Below, in pieces: positions 39,851 to 54,039 of a DNA stretch of 64,000 nucleotides; positions within the stretch are counted from its first letter, which is position 1, and each line of letters begins with the position of its first letter. The notes below the pieces were generated by a model that saw only the letters and a program-made list of their open reading frames with translations, was not told the DNA's origin and ran no database searches. The translations under genes were made by a program, and so were the position numbers. The stretch is from Lama glama (Eukaryota), in assembly GCA_028534125.1 (NCBI GenBank), contig CM052816.1:37636001-37700000 (forward strand), written 5' to 3'.

Positions 39851-40280
39851 ATGTAGTGACAGTATCTCAGCAACTGATTTTCTACTGAATATCTATTCTT
39901 TCTTTCTTACTTACAGAACCTCTATTATATTTTGGGTGACAACATACTTATATAAAAAACTCAATTTCCCAGCCTGATGTATCCCCAGTGAGATGATAGA
40001 AATATGTGAAAAATTATTCTGATAGGACTGTGCCCATGTGCCCTTCTAGCCTGTGCCCCACCTGAGGTTTAGAACCGGTCCTCTGGTGGTCATTCTCCAC
40101 ACTGAGTGGACCTCTGTGTTCCAGGATGGTGGAGCAGAGAGACAGACGGGGCCTAGGTCTCGAAATAAGCATGGGCTTTCTTCCAAGCCCTGGACTTAAA
40201 GTTGAGTCACCTCAACTGATTTTATGTGAGAGAAATAAATGTCTGTCTTGTTTAAGCGGTTTTAATATTTCTACTGAATA
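39851..40280 (+). mobile_element. MaLR LTR (MLT1J-like)
   Basis: aatttcccagcc...aggatggtggagcagagagacag...agccctggact...ttatgtgagagaaataaatgtctgtcttgtttaagc. Confidence 0.7.
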
Positions 40281-40464
40281 TAAATTATGAAAAATATGAC
40301 TTAAGAAAGTTAAATACATCAAACAGCAGTTTTACGAAAGGAAAGGTAAGTATTTAAATGATGAAATAAGTAAATGAATTTAATAATGTATTAAAAAATA
40401 AAGATTAAAAAACAACAAAAAAATATAATCTTCAAATCAGCATAACACATTGGAAAAAAAAATT

Positions 40465-40690
40465 TAAGTGCGTATCCTGGATACAGAATCCTGGGTTTTA
40501 AACGCAGCTTCACCACTTACTAGCTGTTCAAACTTGAGCAACTTATTTTACCCTCTGCTTCAGTTTCTTCAGTTGTAAAATGAGGATAAACACTGCTAAT
40601 TTTAATAGCATTGTTGTGGAAGTTAAATTAGATACAAATAAAACACTTAGAAAACTCTCTGGCCCTTAGTAAGCATCCAATGGTAAGCTT
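40465..40690 (+). mobile_element. MIR SINE
   Basis: cctgggttttaaacgcagcttccaccacttactagctg...gagcaacttatttta...cttcagtttcttcagttgtaaaatgaggataa. Confidence 0.85.
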
Positions 40691-41009
40691 TATTTATATA
40701 ATGAAGTTGAATTGCAAAATTATGTTGTCACGTCTTTATTTTAATTTTTCACTTTAACTCAAAACATTTTCTTGACTTTGTTTGCTTTAGTATTTTATGT
40801 TGGGATATTATAAATTTTTTAATTATTTCTATTCTTGGTTTAAAAATACTAGGCAGGAAACATGTTAAAATAGAAGTCTTCTCGAAAGCATAGAATAATT
40901 CATTATTCTCTTACAGTTGATCACAAATGATATTTTAAACATGTTTAAATATATGTTCTTATTGAAATAGTAGCTTGAGTCCTTCTGTTCTTGGTGCACT
41001 TGCATTCTT

Positions 41010-41960
41010 GGGTAGGCATCTAGAAGAAGTGTGTGACAGGGAGTCTCAGGGGAAGGTAGGACAGGTCTGCACGGGCCTGTAAAGGAAACTCACCAAAGAA
41101 TTTTGAGGAAATAGGTGATAATTAAGAGCGGATGTGACCCAGCTCAACATGTTGCAGGGGAAGTGGCAAGACCTACAGCAGGAGGGGAACATGGAGCCTG
41201 CGGCACTGGCCTGTAGATGTGGAGAATGGCACACTCAAGGGACATGCAAGCAGTTAGAAACTGAAGTCTGGGATTTAATGTAGAAGACATTTGGGATTTA
41301 ATGCCATTGGAATTGGTGAAAGAGAATAGAAAAATGAGAGGATCTAGTCTCCCTAGTGGAGCCCCAAGCCGTTCCACATGTAATGATTAAGTTTGTGGAA
41401 TGCTGCTTAAATAATCAATCACGAGAGAAAGTATGTTGTAAAGGAAGCTCAGAAAAGAGAACATTTTAAGAACAATGGAATGGCCAGTGGGGTCAAACTC
41501 TCTCTTCTCTCTTTCTCACTTGCTTCCTCCCCCTCCCTGCCCTCCCCCTCCCCTTTCTTCTCCTCCTTCTCTCTCTCCCCCTCCCTGCCTCCCTCTCTCC
41601 CCCTCCCTCCCTCTCTCACTCATTAAATAGTAGGAGTGAAGGTTCTGGTGGATTTGGTAATGTGAGGTCTTTGTGACCTTGGGAAGAGCAATTTCATCAA
41701 TGTCTGGACAAGAAGCTGGGTTAGACTGGTGGAGCGGTTTGAAGAGCAAATGGGAGATAAGGTGGTGGATCCACAAAGTGCAGACAGTACTTCTGAACAG
41801 CTTGCTGTGGGGCGGATGGCAGAGGATGATGGGCAGCAACGCAATGTAGTTTACAAATATTAGAGTTAACAGGGCATGTTATGCTGATCCGAATGAAAGG
41901 AGAGGAAAACTTGAATGAAAAACAGAGGATAAGATAGATGAGGGATAATGGAGTCATAAA
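41010..41960 (-). mobile_element. LINE-2 fragments interrupted by a C/T-rich tract
   Basis: tggatttggtaatgtgaggtctttgtgaccttgggaagagcaatttca...ggagataaggtgg...gcagacagtacttctgaacagcttgctgtg. Confidence 0.7.
41498..41621. repeat. C/T-rich polypyrimidine tract
   Basis: Directly visible runs of CCC/CCCCC separated by T. Confidence 0.9.
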
Positions 41961-42899
41961 TTTCCTCACCCTCTATTTTGATGGCTAAAGAGTGCAGTTT
42001 CTTTGTCTCTAGCTGATCTGATTTTTTAAGGTCCTATGTAGCTAATACACTTTTTTCCAATTAAAATGTTTTCCCTTTCTTTAAGTTTAAGCAACATCTT
42101 TTCAATTTAAAACTTCTGTCAATTTAAGACTCAAAGTTCTGTCAAAGTTGGTTTAAGCTCCTTTGAATGGCTTAGCATGTCAGGATGTGGCTTAGTGTAT
42201 TAGTATATATCAGCATTAGTATATTTTGTACTTTTTTTCCCCACCAAGATGCTATCTGAGTAAGAGGACGAGGGGCAGGCTTACTGTGTTTTCAAGAAGA
42301 GGTGAGAGAGGGAACCACTGAGACGTGACTGGTCTTATCACTAGACCAGTTGTCCTGAACGACCTGTCTGGCCTCAGTGTCCCCATCTGTGTCATTTGCT
42401 TTTTCCTATTAGCACGCAGGTTCATCAGCCAGCTTGATATTGGTGTCCATTCACTGCAACACACAGGATACTCATAGTATCCTGAATGAGACACGGAGTC
42501 AAAATAGTGCCTTTATCACTTTTCTACCTCTTTCCCACCACTTGTGCTCTTTTATTTCTTCCATATACCCTGGGACGTGAAACCAATCCTGTATTTCAAG
42601 TTCTCCTAAACTCATATCTTTTCCAAATTAAGCCCAAGGAAGAAAGCCATTAGCTTAAAGCCTTCAGCTCCTCCGTATGTGCCCCAGTATATCTAAAGTA
42701 CTTTTCCCACCTGTCAATATCAGTCTTGCTAATGTCCTCTCTTTCACTTTTTTTCTTCACACATTCCTTCAGGGAGACAAGGAACAGAATTAAGGATTTT
42801 GGTATGCTTTATGTTATACGTACCTACCTTACGTCTGTACACTTCATGACCCAGAGCAGAGAAGGTGTACTTGCTGTTGCCACCCCAGGGACTAGAAGA

Positions 42900-43295
42900 G
42901 CTAAACATTTCTTTTTGTAGCCACCTACTCCTTTACTGCTGTTAGGAGTAAACGTGACTGAATACTAACCAAAGGTGTGGGTGTGGAAAACTGCTGGAGC
43001 CTTTTACTCAGACAGAAGTGGTTGATGGTATCACCTTCCTTTACTCAGCTTTTTTCATGCCTGGAATGTGGGAAGAAAAAAAAAAAATTGGTCACCATGG
43101 GGGGAAAAGACAGTGAATCATGGATATAAAAATTCTATAATATTTTTGAATTTATTTATGTGAAGAACTCATGCCAACCCTTTCCTACCCAGAAACTATA
43201 TCCACAAACTATTTAGTATCAGAGGAAAAAAAGCCCAAATTTGTACTATTTGGAGTAATTCTGTACTTGTACCCCAAAGCACTTCTGACTGATGC
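42900..43295 (+). mobile_element. Old MaLR LTR (MLT1-like) remnant
   Basis: 3' end ctgtacttgtaccccaaagcacttctgactgatgc resembles an MLT1 terminus. Confidence 0.45.
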
Positions 43296-45289
43296 CATTC
43301 TACCTTTCTGTCTGTGTAAAATGTTCTCTCCTCATTCTCACCTGTCCTTAAGATCTCTAGTTTAAAATCCTTCCTTGGAGCAGATGATTAAGTGTCAGTA
43401 CTACTTCTTAATAACACATGCTGTGGATTTTGGTGCTAATTCACACAAAAATGGAAACGATAAATAGATTAGTGAACTAGATCTGCTTTATTTGTGTTTC
43501 AATTTTTTACTTTAATAATTTTTTTCATCCAAATACTATAAAGTAAGCCATTTCAATCAACAAATATATCAACCTTAACACAATTGTTACCTACCATTGA
43601 TAGCCATTCATCAAGCTGGGTGTTTGGCAGAGTGATTCTGGCAGGCAGGGCTCAGTATGGCCTGTGAAAGAGGTGAGAGGAAGGCAGGCTTAGGGACACT
43701 TTGAATCATTGGTAATTTCATTCAATCTATGTATTACGTAGTCCTGTTCAGTGTCAAGTTGAGTGAATGAATGTCTCTGGCCCTAGTATGCTAACACCAC
43801 TTCATGAAGGGCTGCCAAACTGGCTACCTCGGTTTATCACAATAACTCAAAGAGTTTTATAAAAATATGTAGCTCTTATCACTGCCAGATAGACTAATTC
43901 AGCAGGTCTTCAGTGGCAGTTTAGAATATATATGTTCCTCCTCTCTCTCCCCGCTTTTCTTTCCTCCTCTCCTGCCCTCCCTCTGTTCTGATGGGTAGGC
44001 GGTTCTGTAAATTCTTCTCTGAATTACCTCCTAGGCAATGAACCTGGATGTCGTTTCAATATGCTTTACAAAATTGGCTTCAGTTAAAATTGTGATCCAT
44101 ACAGTCCTAAGTGAATTTCTCTAGTGTTAACTGAAAACAAATCTAAGGAAACTGGTATTTAAGTAAAAATTAAGTTTGTGCAAATGTGCATTCCACCCAT
44201 AGGATTTTCAGATGTTGGGAGGATGAGGTCTGCAGCCCACAGTGGCTGTCTCTATGAACTGTCAAGAGTATAAATACGTCTTAGTTTAGCAGATTATTCT
44301 TTGGGGTACATTGTTCAGTAAACAAGCATTTCTTAAGCAGTGCTGTATTATATGCAAAGCATTGTGAATATTTCTCTACTTGAACTTCTGGAGATTCTTC
44401 TTCAACAAGGATGAAAGACTGATTCTGCTTCAGAGATCTGATTCTCAGCTCAGCTGATCTACGCGTGGGATGCTTTGTTCAGGAAAGGCACCTCTCAGGA
44501 TACTCTGAAGTGCATCTTCAACAACAGGGCTCTAAACGATGCATCTATGCTGTCTTTTAAAGACTGTGGGCCAACTCTGACCCCTGCATTAAATCAGAAT
44601 TCCTCGGGAGGGGCTGCTCTCACTGCAGACCACTTGTGAAGCTGTGAGGTACTCAGCATTTCGGATCAGCATTCTGACCCAAATGTATGCAATATTTTTT
44701 TTAACCTATTATTTTTCAACCGTGTTGATCAGCTCTGTAAAGAAAGTAAAAGCAAGAAGAGAAATTCCCTTATCATATTATGTTTATATCTTTATAGTGA
44801 GGACAGATGGTAATGAAATAAGCATTTATTTACTTTTTGAGATAATTGAAAGAAACTCTATGAAGATAATAGATTTGGGTTCTCAAGAATTCTGAATTTT
44901 TGAGAACATGATAAATAAGCTGATCTCAGGGAAGTCATGTGACAATGTGGGCAATGAGGGCATTTTGCCCGCTCTGGGGTATCCCCAGTTGGAGACAAAG
45001 CAGTTCAGAAAATCTCTTTCTAAGGCCTTCTGGTCACATTCTCACATCATTGGCTTCAAACCATGTTTTACTTCTGGAAGGTCCTGTTAAAGTGTATGAG
45101 GCCTTCTTCATGACTGCTCACCATCTAAGGCTCTTGTACCTTAATCATTTTGGAAACTCATTCTAGTTGTTAGCGGCTTGTTTTTCGTTTTGTTTTATTT
45201 ATTTGAAAAGTTCTCAATATCATGCTTTACTTTGGTAACAAAGGGATTTTTCTCAGAGGGGAAACAATTACATACCATTTGGGTGGGAT

Positions 45290-45650
45290 GGATCCCTCTC
45301 CACAAGTCAGAGATATGGGAAGGAGACCTGGGCCCTGAATACAATACTCGAGGTAATTGGTTCATTTGGTGATTGGCTCGGTGTTGGGCCCATGACCCAA
45401 CGCATTCCCACCATGACTTGCCATGAAGACTTTTCTCTGGAGTTTAAGGATAGGCTTTTTCTAGCAGGTTCAAAGCTGGAAGCAGAGGGGTCAGGATGTG
45501 TGTTTCCTGCCACAGGGAATCTCACTGTCTAATCAAAAAAGAAAGAAGATTCCTGTGGATTCCTATTTAGATCAGTAAACAATGACCCTTTTAAAATGTT
45601 ACATAAGCTGATTTGATACATTTCTATCATCTGCACAAAAAAGCAATCTT
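45290..45650 (+). mobile_element. Old MaLR LTR (MLT1K/L-like) remnant
   Basis: ggtgattggctcggtgttgggcccatgaccca...gaagacttttctctgg. Confidence 0.45.
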
Positions 45651-46619
45651 AATACACTTATTTTTTCAAAGCCAAATCACATAAAATGAACCAATTGATT
45701 TTTTTATAAATGTATTTCCCATATTGAAGATTTCAGACACTATATCATTTGACAGAATAACATTACATAGAAAATACTTTTTTCATTTTATTTCACATCC
45801 CCTCTTGCCCTACTTTAGTAAGGCTATCGAGCAGAGAGTGCTAAAAACTTACTTCACAATAATACTGGGTTTGGGTAACAGTTCACCTGATAAATATGGC
45901 AAGTCTTGGATTCTAACCTGTGAATCAAAGTTTATATAAATAAAATATGCATACTTTTCTATTAAGTTATTATTTTGTATGTGTTTATATTTAAGCTTCT
46001 ATGAAATTTCTCTCTATATTTCAAGAAAACATTCAGTTGTTTATTCTTGTTTTGCCAGTTCACTGTGTGCTCCATCATTTAAATAATTCACTAAAATGTT
46101 GAATCAGACTTTCCCAACACTTATTCATCTTTGTTTCTTGTCTCTGAGCTGGTTTTCTATCCATGAAAAGTCAGTCACTTTCAATTTCACAGTTCCTGTA
46201 AGTTTTTCTGTACCTTTAGGTATAAAAACTTCTTGAAGGCATTTTAAAAGTTTAAAGAGGTTGTATTCTCTATTTTCCTCATTATCCAAGAATATTTATC
46301 CTGCAAAGAATGCCAATAGATGCGTCAGGCACAATTTTCTCTTGATGGGAGCCATGCTGTTATTATCGACTGAGGCATTTGAAATTCTTGCTGAGGTTTC
46401 TGCAATTATTTGAAAAAGCGTATGTATTCCTGTACCATAAGTTTCATAATATATTTAATAATTTGATAGCAACATTTCAACATAACTGAGTTCCTTTGGA
46501 ATCTTAAAAGGTTTTGCATTCGGAAACGTTAATTTGAAGAAGAGTCTGTAGGCTTAACCAGACTTTAGGAGGTACCTTTGGTACTGAAAGTTAACAGTGC
46601 CTACCATGAGGCTTCATAA

Positions 46620-47100
46620 GCCCCAGTAAAGCCTTAGACTTTTACCCAGAGGGAAAAGGGGGACCTGTGAGAAAGGGTAATGAGGTTTCATGTAACTTTT
46701 TTAAAGGATCACTTTGACTACCATGTTGTGAAAGTATCACTGGAGAGGCAAGTATGTAGTAGGTAAGAGACGATGGCGCCCAGAACAGTATGGTAACGGT
46801 GCAGATGGTAATCTGCATAGAGCAGATTCTGGCTCTATGTTGAAATTTGAGCCAACAGGATTTCATGATGGAAGGTATATAGACTCAGCAAAAGTAGATT
46901 TCTCCTGTTGTCATCGGTGTGTGTGTTTGTTTAGTTGATTGATGATTGATTGATTGGTTGATTGATTTGGTGATGATCCAGTAGGTATTTTTATGATGTG
47001 GAAAGTGAGGGAAGAATTGCTAGGAGTTCTTGAGTACGTAAGAGGGATGCACTATGACATGTAACAAGAAGCCTGGTTTTCCATAGTAGCGTGGATAGTC
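46620..47100 (-). mobile_element. LINE-2 fragment with an internal (TTGA)n tract
   Basis: ttttaaaggatcactttgactaccatgttg...gattctggctctatgttgaaatttgagccaacaggattt. Confidence 0.65.
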
Positions 47101-47999
47101 CTCTCTGTGTCTAGAAATTAAACTAGAGTAACTTATTTTGCAGCTCCTATTTCTCAATTCTTGGAACTTCCAATCCTCCAAACTGATTTATAACCCTCCA
47201 AAGATACAAAGCAGAGGTAAATGTATTACTCAATAATAAGAGAAAATAATTGACACAAGCAAAGACATGATGAATACTATGAAAAATATTTTTCATTGTG
47301 TAAATATAAGCTCAAAATGCCTTTTTAATAAAAGCAAACCTACCCAGTTTTAGCACTTTGTTTATGCAAAACATTGTGCTATATGCTGTGAATAAGGTAT
47401 GGTCTTTGCTTCCAAGAACCTGTATTACTTGAGAGAAAATTATATATACTTGTGGGACATCAAATATTAATAAAATATCCATATAACCATTTATGGAAAT
47501 AAAGGAGAGATTGATATAAGAAATAAGTTACTAATAAATCACAATAATAAATCATAATGACAAATTTTTAGATGAATCACAAGTGCTGTCGGAACTGTCA
47601 GGAAGACATCATTTTATACAATAAAAATGAATGAACTGTTGGATCTTCTGCTAATGTTTCCCAGTCAGGATACTGAGACAGTAAGGTAGAAAACAGGCCT
47701 GCAGATAATCCCTGGACATACAAACTTATGCAGTTACTACATGAAGTTACCAAAAGGAGCTAATGAAAAATTTTCTTCTCTATACCAGATGGATGTGGCA
47801 GTTTTGACTTGCAAATTTGTGTTGCTGCTCAGTTTTGGTCACTGTTAGGTCACTTTTGCTAAGTAACAAAGTAGCTAAGTCTTTAATATTGACGTGTAAA
47901 AAGAAAGAACGGTGTTAGCATTTTAAAGGTTTTTAACTTTGTGGAGGATTATTTTACTGCTCTTGAAAAAAATTTACCCCATATAAAAAAGATGCAAAC

Positions 48000-48250
48000 T
48001 CATAGTACTTTCTTAAGGATGCTATAACAAGTGACCACAAACTTGATAGCTTAAAACAGCAAATGTATTTTCTGACATTTCTGGAGACCAGAAGTTCAAA
48101 GTTAAGGTGTTGACATGGCCAGGGAGAATTCACTCCACAGCTCTCTCCTAGCTTCTGGTGCATGCTGGCAGTTCTCAGCATTCCTTGGCTTGTAGCCACA
48201 TCTCTCCAATCTCTACCTCTGTCTCCACATCACCTTCCCTCCTCTGTGTA
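48000..48250 (-). mobile_element. MaLR LTR fragment (MLT1B/C-like)
   Basis: gatgctataacaagtgaccacaaacttgatagcttaaaacagcaaatgtattt...ttctggagaccagaagttcaaagttaaggtgttg...ctctccctagcttctggtg. Confidence 0.85.
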
Positions 48251-49440
48251 CAAGGGTTCAGATTTTGCCACAACCTTGCTACAACGCTTGTTGTCTTCTC
48301 TGTTTCTGTAATAACAGCCATCCTAACTGGTACGACTGTGATGTTGGTTTGCGTTTCCCTCGTGATTAGTGATGTGAGCATCTTCCCGAATACTAGTTGG
48401 CCATTTGTAGGTCTACTCCAAGAAATGTTTATTCAAATCCTTAGCCCATATTTAAATCAAGGTTATTATTATTACTTTACTTTTGTATTGTAGGAGTTTC
48501 TTATATATTTTGTAAATGACCCCCTTATCAGATACATGGTTTGCAAATATTTTGTTTCATTCTGTAGATTACCTTTTCACTGTTTTCATTGTTTCCTTTG
48601 CAGTGTAGAAGCTTTTTAGTTTTATGTAGTCTCACTTGTCCATTTTTGCTTTTGTTGCCGGTGCTTTGGGTGTCATATCTATGAAATCATTGCCAAGACC
48701 AATGTCATGGAGCTTTCCCCCTACTTTTTCTTCAGAAATTGTACAGTTTCAGGTCTTACGGTCTATAACTTTAAGTCTTCTGGTCTTTAATTCATTTGAG
48801 TTGATTTTGGCGTATGGTGAAAAATAAGGGTCCAATTTCAGTCTTTCTCGTATGGATCTCCAAATTTCCCAGCACAGTTTGTTAAAGAGTCTATCCTTCC
48901 CCCATTGTGTATGCTTGGTACCCTTATCAAAGATCAGTTGACCATATATGTGTGGAGTTATTTCTGTGCTTTCTATCCTATTCCATTTGTCTATATATCT
49001 ATCTTTATGCCAATACTATACCATTTTAATTACTACAGTTTTCTAATATATTTTGAAGTCAGGAAGTGAGATACCTCAAGCTTAGTTCTTTTTTTCAAGA
49101 TTGGTTTGTCTAGAGATCTTTTCTGGTTCCATAAGAAATTTACAATTCTTTTTTCTGTTTTCATAAAAAATACAGTTGGGATTTTGATAGAGATTGCATT
49201 GAATCTGTCAGACCACTTTTGGGTAGTACGGACATTTTAACAATATTATGTCTTCCAGTCTATGAACACAGAATATCCTCCCATTTGTGTTTTTTTTAAT
49301 TTATTTCACCAGTGTTTTATAGTTTTCTTTGTACAAGTTCTTCACTCTCTCAGTTCATTCCTCAGTGTTTTATTTTTTGATTCTATCATAAGTAAGATCA
49401 TTGTCCTAATTTCCTTTATAATAGTTTGTTGTTAATACAT
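48251..49440 (-). mobile_element. LINE-1 ORF2 fragment (L1MA/MB-like)
   Basis: aacagccatcctaactgg...tttgcaaatattt...aaatcattgccaagaccaatgtcatggagc...ttgggattttgatagagattgcattgaatctg. Confidence 0.9.
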
Positions 49441-49559
49441 ATATTTGTGTATATTATATATAGTATATTATATGTAGTAAATATGTTATATATAATATAG
49501 TGTATATATTGAATATATATTATATGCAAACTGTATACATATGTAATATATATATATCA

Positions 49560-49985
49560 GTGCATATGTATTAGTGTGTGTGTGCCCTCCCAAGAGACTA
49601 GTGTATGCTGGGCCCCATTAGCTCTATGAGACAGGTGAAATAGAATCTGGTACTTCCTGTAGTACTCAGACAAATTGGAGCATGAGATATGTAGTCCAAC
49701 ACCCTTGCTGTTCAGAGAGAAGCTGGGAGTTGAGGGTTCCCTTCCAGTCACTTGTGACCGTGCCAGGGTGTGGATTTTGGTGAGCGAGAGTCCCCACTTT
49801 TCCTACCCTTCCTGATGTCGCTGGCTTCACACTCTCCTGGAGTACAGGAACCTCTTGGGTAGTTTCTGCCTATCTCACAAAGGGAATTCATCTGTGTGCT
49901 GCTTTTGAATTGGTGTGTCGGTGGGTGTGTGGGAGGGGAGAGTCTAGGGCTTCCTGTTCCAGAGTGCTGGTTATATCACTCTTCT
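49560..49985 (-). mobile_element. LINE-1 5'UTR fragment (L1M/L1MB-like)
   Basis: agaagctgggagttgagggttccc...ctcacaaagggaatt...ggagagtctagggcttcctgttcc resembles antisense old L1 5' ends. Confidence 0.6.
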
Positions 49986-52448
49986 GCAAATTTAAGTAAT
50001 GTGCTCAGGGCACATCCCACCAAGGTGACCTTTGAGTAGACACCTGAATTTGCATGTTCAAATATGCAAATAAAATAGCATTCTCTTCAAGATATAATGC
50101 CAGGGATTACATATTCAGTGTACGTGGGAAAACATGTGGTTTTCTCCCCAAACACCATTTTTAGCCACATTCCATTTTTATAAATATGTTAGTTTCCTAC
50201 AATTGATAAATGCAGTTAGGGAATGTATATTTCATTGATATTATTGTGATTTCATTTAACTACAGCAGCTCTTTGCTGTTGAGATAATGATCACTTAATA
50301 TATAGAACCATTCTTAAGACTGTTCATGCCATAAGCTACTTTAGGGATTTAAGTGCCCTCTTAAAACCTGTAAACTACAATTCAGTGAAAGACTCTAGTG
50401 CCAAGCTAAAACCACTTTAATTTCAGTGATAGACTCTCATGAACTTTCTTTCCCCAACTACAATTGCAAGAATGGAAAGATTATAAAGTTAAAATTAGTC
50501 AGTGCTGGAATGGCCTTTTTAACTCTTTTATATTCTTTCAAATAATGTTTTTCAAACACCTGGGGCACTTCATGCTCAAAAGTCACAATGGTTCAATAAA
50601 TACAAAGGCAAATACTAATTCACACGCACAAAAAAAAGGAAGAAAAAAGTTGTATTTTAGATGTGGTGCAAACGTTGCCCAACACATTTATGTTCTGTGT
50701 TACACAGTTTTATTTCCATCAACATCTACAAACATTTTTATGTAGATCTGTTTTTAGATAAAGATAAAACAGTTCCCTCTAAGGAGAAGGAAAGGAAATT
50801 AGAAAGTGAAAGAAGACAGAAAACCTTCAGTTACAGTGTTCTGCTCCATATAGAGAGCAATGTCTTTAATTACCAATCAGTGTTTTTGAATTAAATCTTA
50901 TCAAGTGAAACCAAACCTAAACTACATCTCATCGGAAATTAGTACACTCTTAACGAGAAGTGCAATTTAATAATTACAATTCAACCAATCGTGGAAGTTA
51001 ATTGCAAAAAGAAAGCTATCTAATTGAGATCCTAAGAACTTAAAATAGCATATAGTGTAATACTAAGGGCCTTAAGTGCTGATACTCACAGTAAAATTTT
51101 TAATAGATTAGGTCCAATGGTGTGATGAAATGTAATACTTGCATGCAACTTTAACATAATACTTGCATATAATAATTTTCTGCTCAGCAAAAAATATACA
51201 TCTCTCTTTTTCTCTGTTTTTGTACATTAATTGTTAATCTGGTACATGACCAAGATTTGGATAGATTTTATTGAAATATCATTAAGTTCTTAATGATATA
51301 GTGAAAAATTTAGTTCCTTTGCATGTTAACCTTCCATTAATCTATTACTTGAGAGACCGTTAATGTCATTTTATTGGCAAATAAACTTATCCCTGCTTTC
51401 AGAAGTAAAAGTAGATTCTACAGTGCCTAAAAAGAAAGAACATAAAAATCAAAATATATGTCTTGTAAACTTTACCATGTTGTTCAGCAACCAACGGAAT
51501 ATCAGTTTAGAGAAATTACCCATTAAATACTTGCTGATTGGTTGATTCTGCATGTTCAGAGAGCCTGAGGGATGTAGAAAAGAAATTTAAACTACTGTAA
51601 CTTGAATCAAATCAATAAAAGTCTGGTAATGTTATGATTGCATCTTTCACAGTAGCTTCCTATGATATTAAAATAATTATTCTATATAGATCTAGATACA
51701 AAATATAGATACCTAAATACATGTATCACATTATTCTAGTGTTAAAATATTCGATTATTGTAAGTATTTATAAAGTCAGAAAAAGTACAAATATAGATCT
51801 GTCAAGTTTTAGTTTCCAGATCCTTGAGAATGCTATAGCTAGATTTCTCGATAATTGAATCTTAAATCTGCCTCCTCCTTTCCCTTGGCTTTACTTTCTC
51901 CAGCATGTCTTCATCTTAAAAAGCATAATGGTCAGTGTCATATCTGAAGATACAAATACCATCTAGAGATAGGTACACCTTGCTAGGTACTTGACAACAA
52001 GAAAATAAAGCATCTCTCTTTTTAGGTATTCAGAAACTGCATGACAGAAAGTATCACCTTGTTTATTTGGCAAATCAGAAAACAAAGTACAATACAACAT
52101 GGATACCAAAAGGTTATTATTTTTAACCATTTTAAATAGAACTATTTCAATATAAACGTTTGAACTGTCTTAAAGTAAATACATTGAATGTAATTTAACT
52201 TTAAAGATTTACTCACTTGAGTCAACATCGTGTCTGTGAATATTGTTGGTGTTGCTGTATTTTAACAGGATAATGTCCCTAAAATTAGGAAGGTGTGTGT
52301 TTTTGTTCTGAAACATTCATTGTAAAGTTCTGCTCCATAGTCCTGAAGCTTTCAAGGAAGCATCATACAATTCACCACTTAGGAAGGTGTTCAAATAAAC
52401 AGTGACTTTTAATCAAATTATCACAGAATCGGTATGGTACTGTTTATA

Positions 52449-52600
52449 CAGTGCCTCTCCTATGTTAATGCACGTATAAATCATCCGGGATCTCGTTAAA
52501 TGTTGTTAAGTGATTCCAGTTCAGGAAATCTGAGCTATGGACTGGGGTTCTGCATTTCACACAAACTCAAAGTTCACTGGTGCAAGGACCACACTGTATT
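52449..52600. mobile_element. MER5-type hAT MITE
   Basis: aatcatccgggatctcgttaaatg...ttctgcatttcacacaaactc...gcaaggaccacact. Confidence 0.65.
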
Positions 52601-54039
52601 TTACCAAAACAATGTATACTCATTGGAATAATTCAAACATGTGATACTTGGAGAATTATGTGTAATATGGCTACTATTGAAAAGAAAGGAGCCTGTCCAT
52701 GGACTATGCCTCAAATAACATAACAAAATTATTGTAAATATGATCCATTCTTTCTGCTCCAGACAAAATGATAAGAATAGCCTTCTACCCTTTTGAAGTG
52801 GCCTGCTGGTTGTGACCTTCTGTCTGTTACAAACTGTCATCCCTCAAATGACTATTGCAAATCTGTTCAGGTTTTTCTAAAAAAAAATGATCTCACCAGC
52901 CACTGTCTCAGTATGAGTACTACTTAAAGGCTAGTTAATATAATTACAGTGAAAGTACATAGGGAATATAAAACACTTTAGCTCTTACTGTTATAAATTT
53001 CTGCTTTGATTAATTGGGACCTGTACTCTCCCCTGATTTTAGCAAGGTCCCAAGAATACCTGTTCAATGAACAGCCAGACTGTCATGCTCTGACATCTTC
53101 TCTCAACTTTAAGCAGTATTTCTTTTTTTTTACTGTCTCTTCTAATTTTTCAGCTGCCAAGTCTTACAACTGTCAATTTGCCTGTTTCTTACAAAATTAC
53201 CTCCTCCTAAATTGCTGTTTTTGTTGTGCCTTAAGAAACCAAATGAACAGTCTCATTAGATTCATGTCTAAAATAAGAGAAAAAAAAAAGGGGGCCGTGA
53301 ATAAAGGAGGAACTTTAGGGTGTTTTATGAATAATATGTAAGGGCTTTGAGTTATTTCATTTCCTACTTCCTTTCTAGTTCATGAGGGACTTTATTTCTT
53401 ATCTCTGGGTTTCTGTCTAAGCTCCAGATATTTAATGATAGATAAGTGATACCTAGAAAAATTGTCTTACTGGTTTTAAAGCGATAATAATTAGCATAAC
53501 TTGGCAAGAAATCCAACTTAATTAAAATAACAGGAGTATAGTTTATTCCTGGATCTAATGATTGATAGTTTAGAGATGAAAGAAACTCAGTCTTCCTTCA
53601 TTATTCAACATACAAACCTTTACAAGTGATTTCTTTCTATATTTTTGAAAAACTGAAAGAGTTCTAAAGTCTTGAGATAAAAAACAATTGGCGATTCCAG
53701 AGCTCATCTGTATTTTAATTTTTGCCTTTGGATCAAATAGCCTTTCACCGAATTGTGGTTAGTCTATTCACAGAGATCTGTATCTATAGTCATGTCAATA
53801 TAAATGAAGCCAAAACATAATGAAAAATAAATTTCCATCAATTTGTTTTATTGTTTGGCTACAATCCAGAAGCTCTATTTCCATTGTTGTTATAGCATTC
53901 TTATTCCAGACAAATTAACTCAATCTCATCTCATGCTCATGTTAACAATTCACCCACAGTATATAAATTCAAAGTGTAATTTGGCTCGATATAAGGATAA
54001 TGGTGGACATGTAATCGAAAATAAAATATTCTTGTAGAC

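Noticed and set aside
52217..52228. ATG-TTG-ACT-CAA|gt (MLTQ), resembling the NSUN3 start
   Set aside because: Only four residues match, there is no CpG-island context, and no further NSUN3 exons were found.
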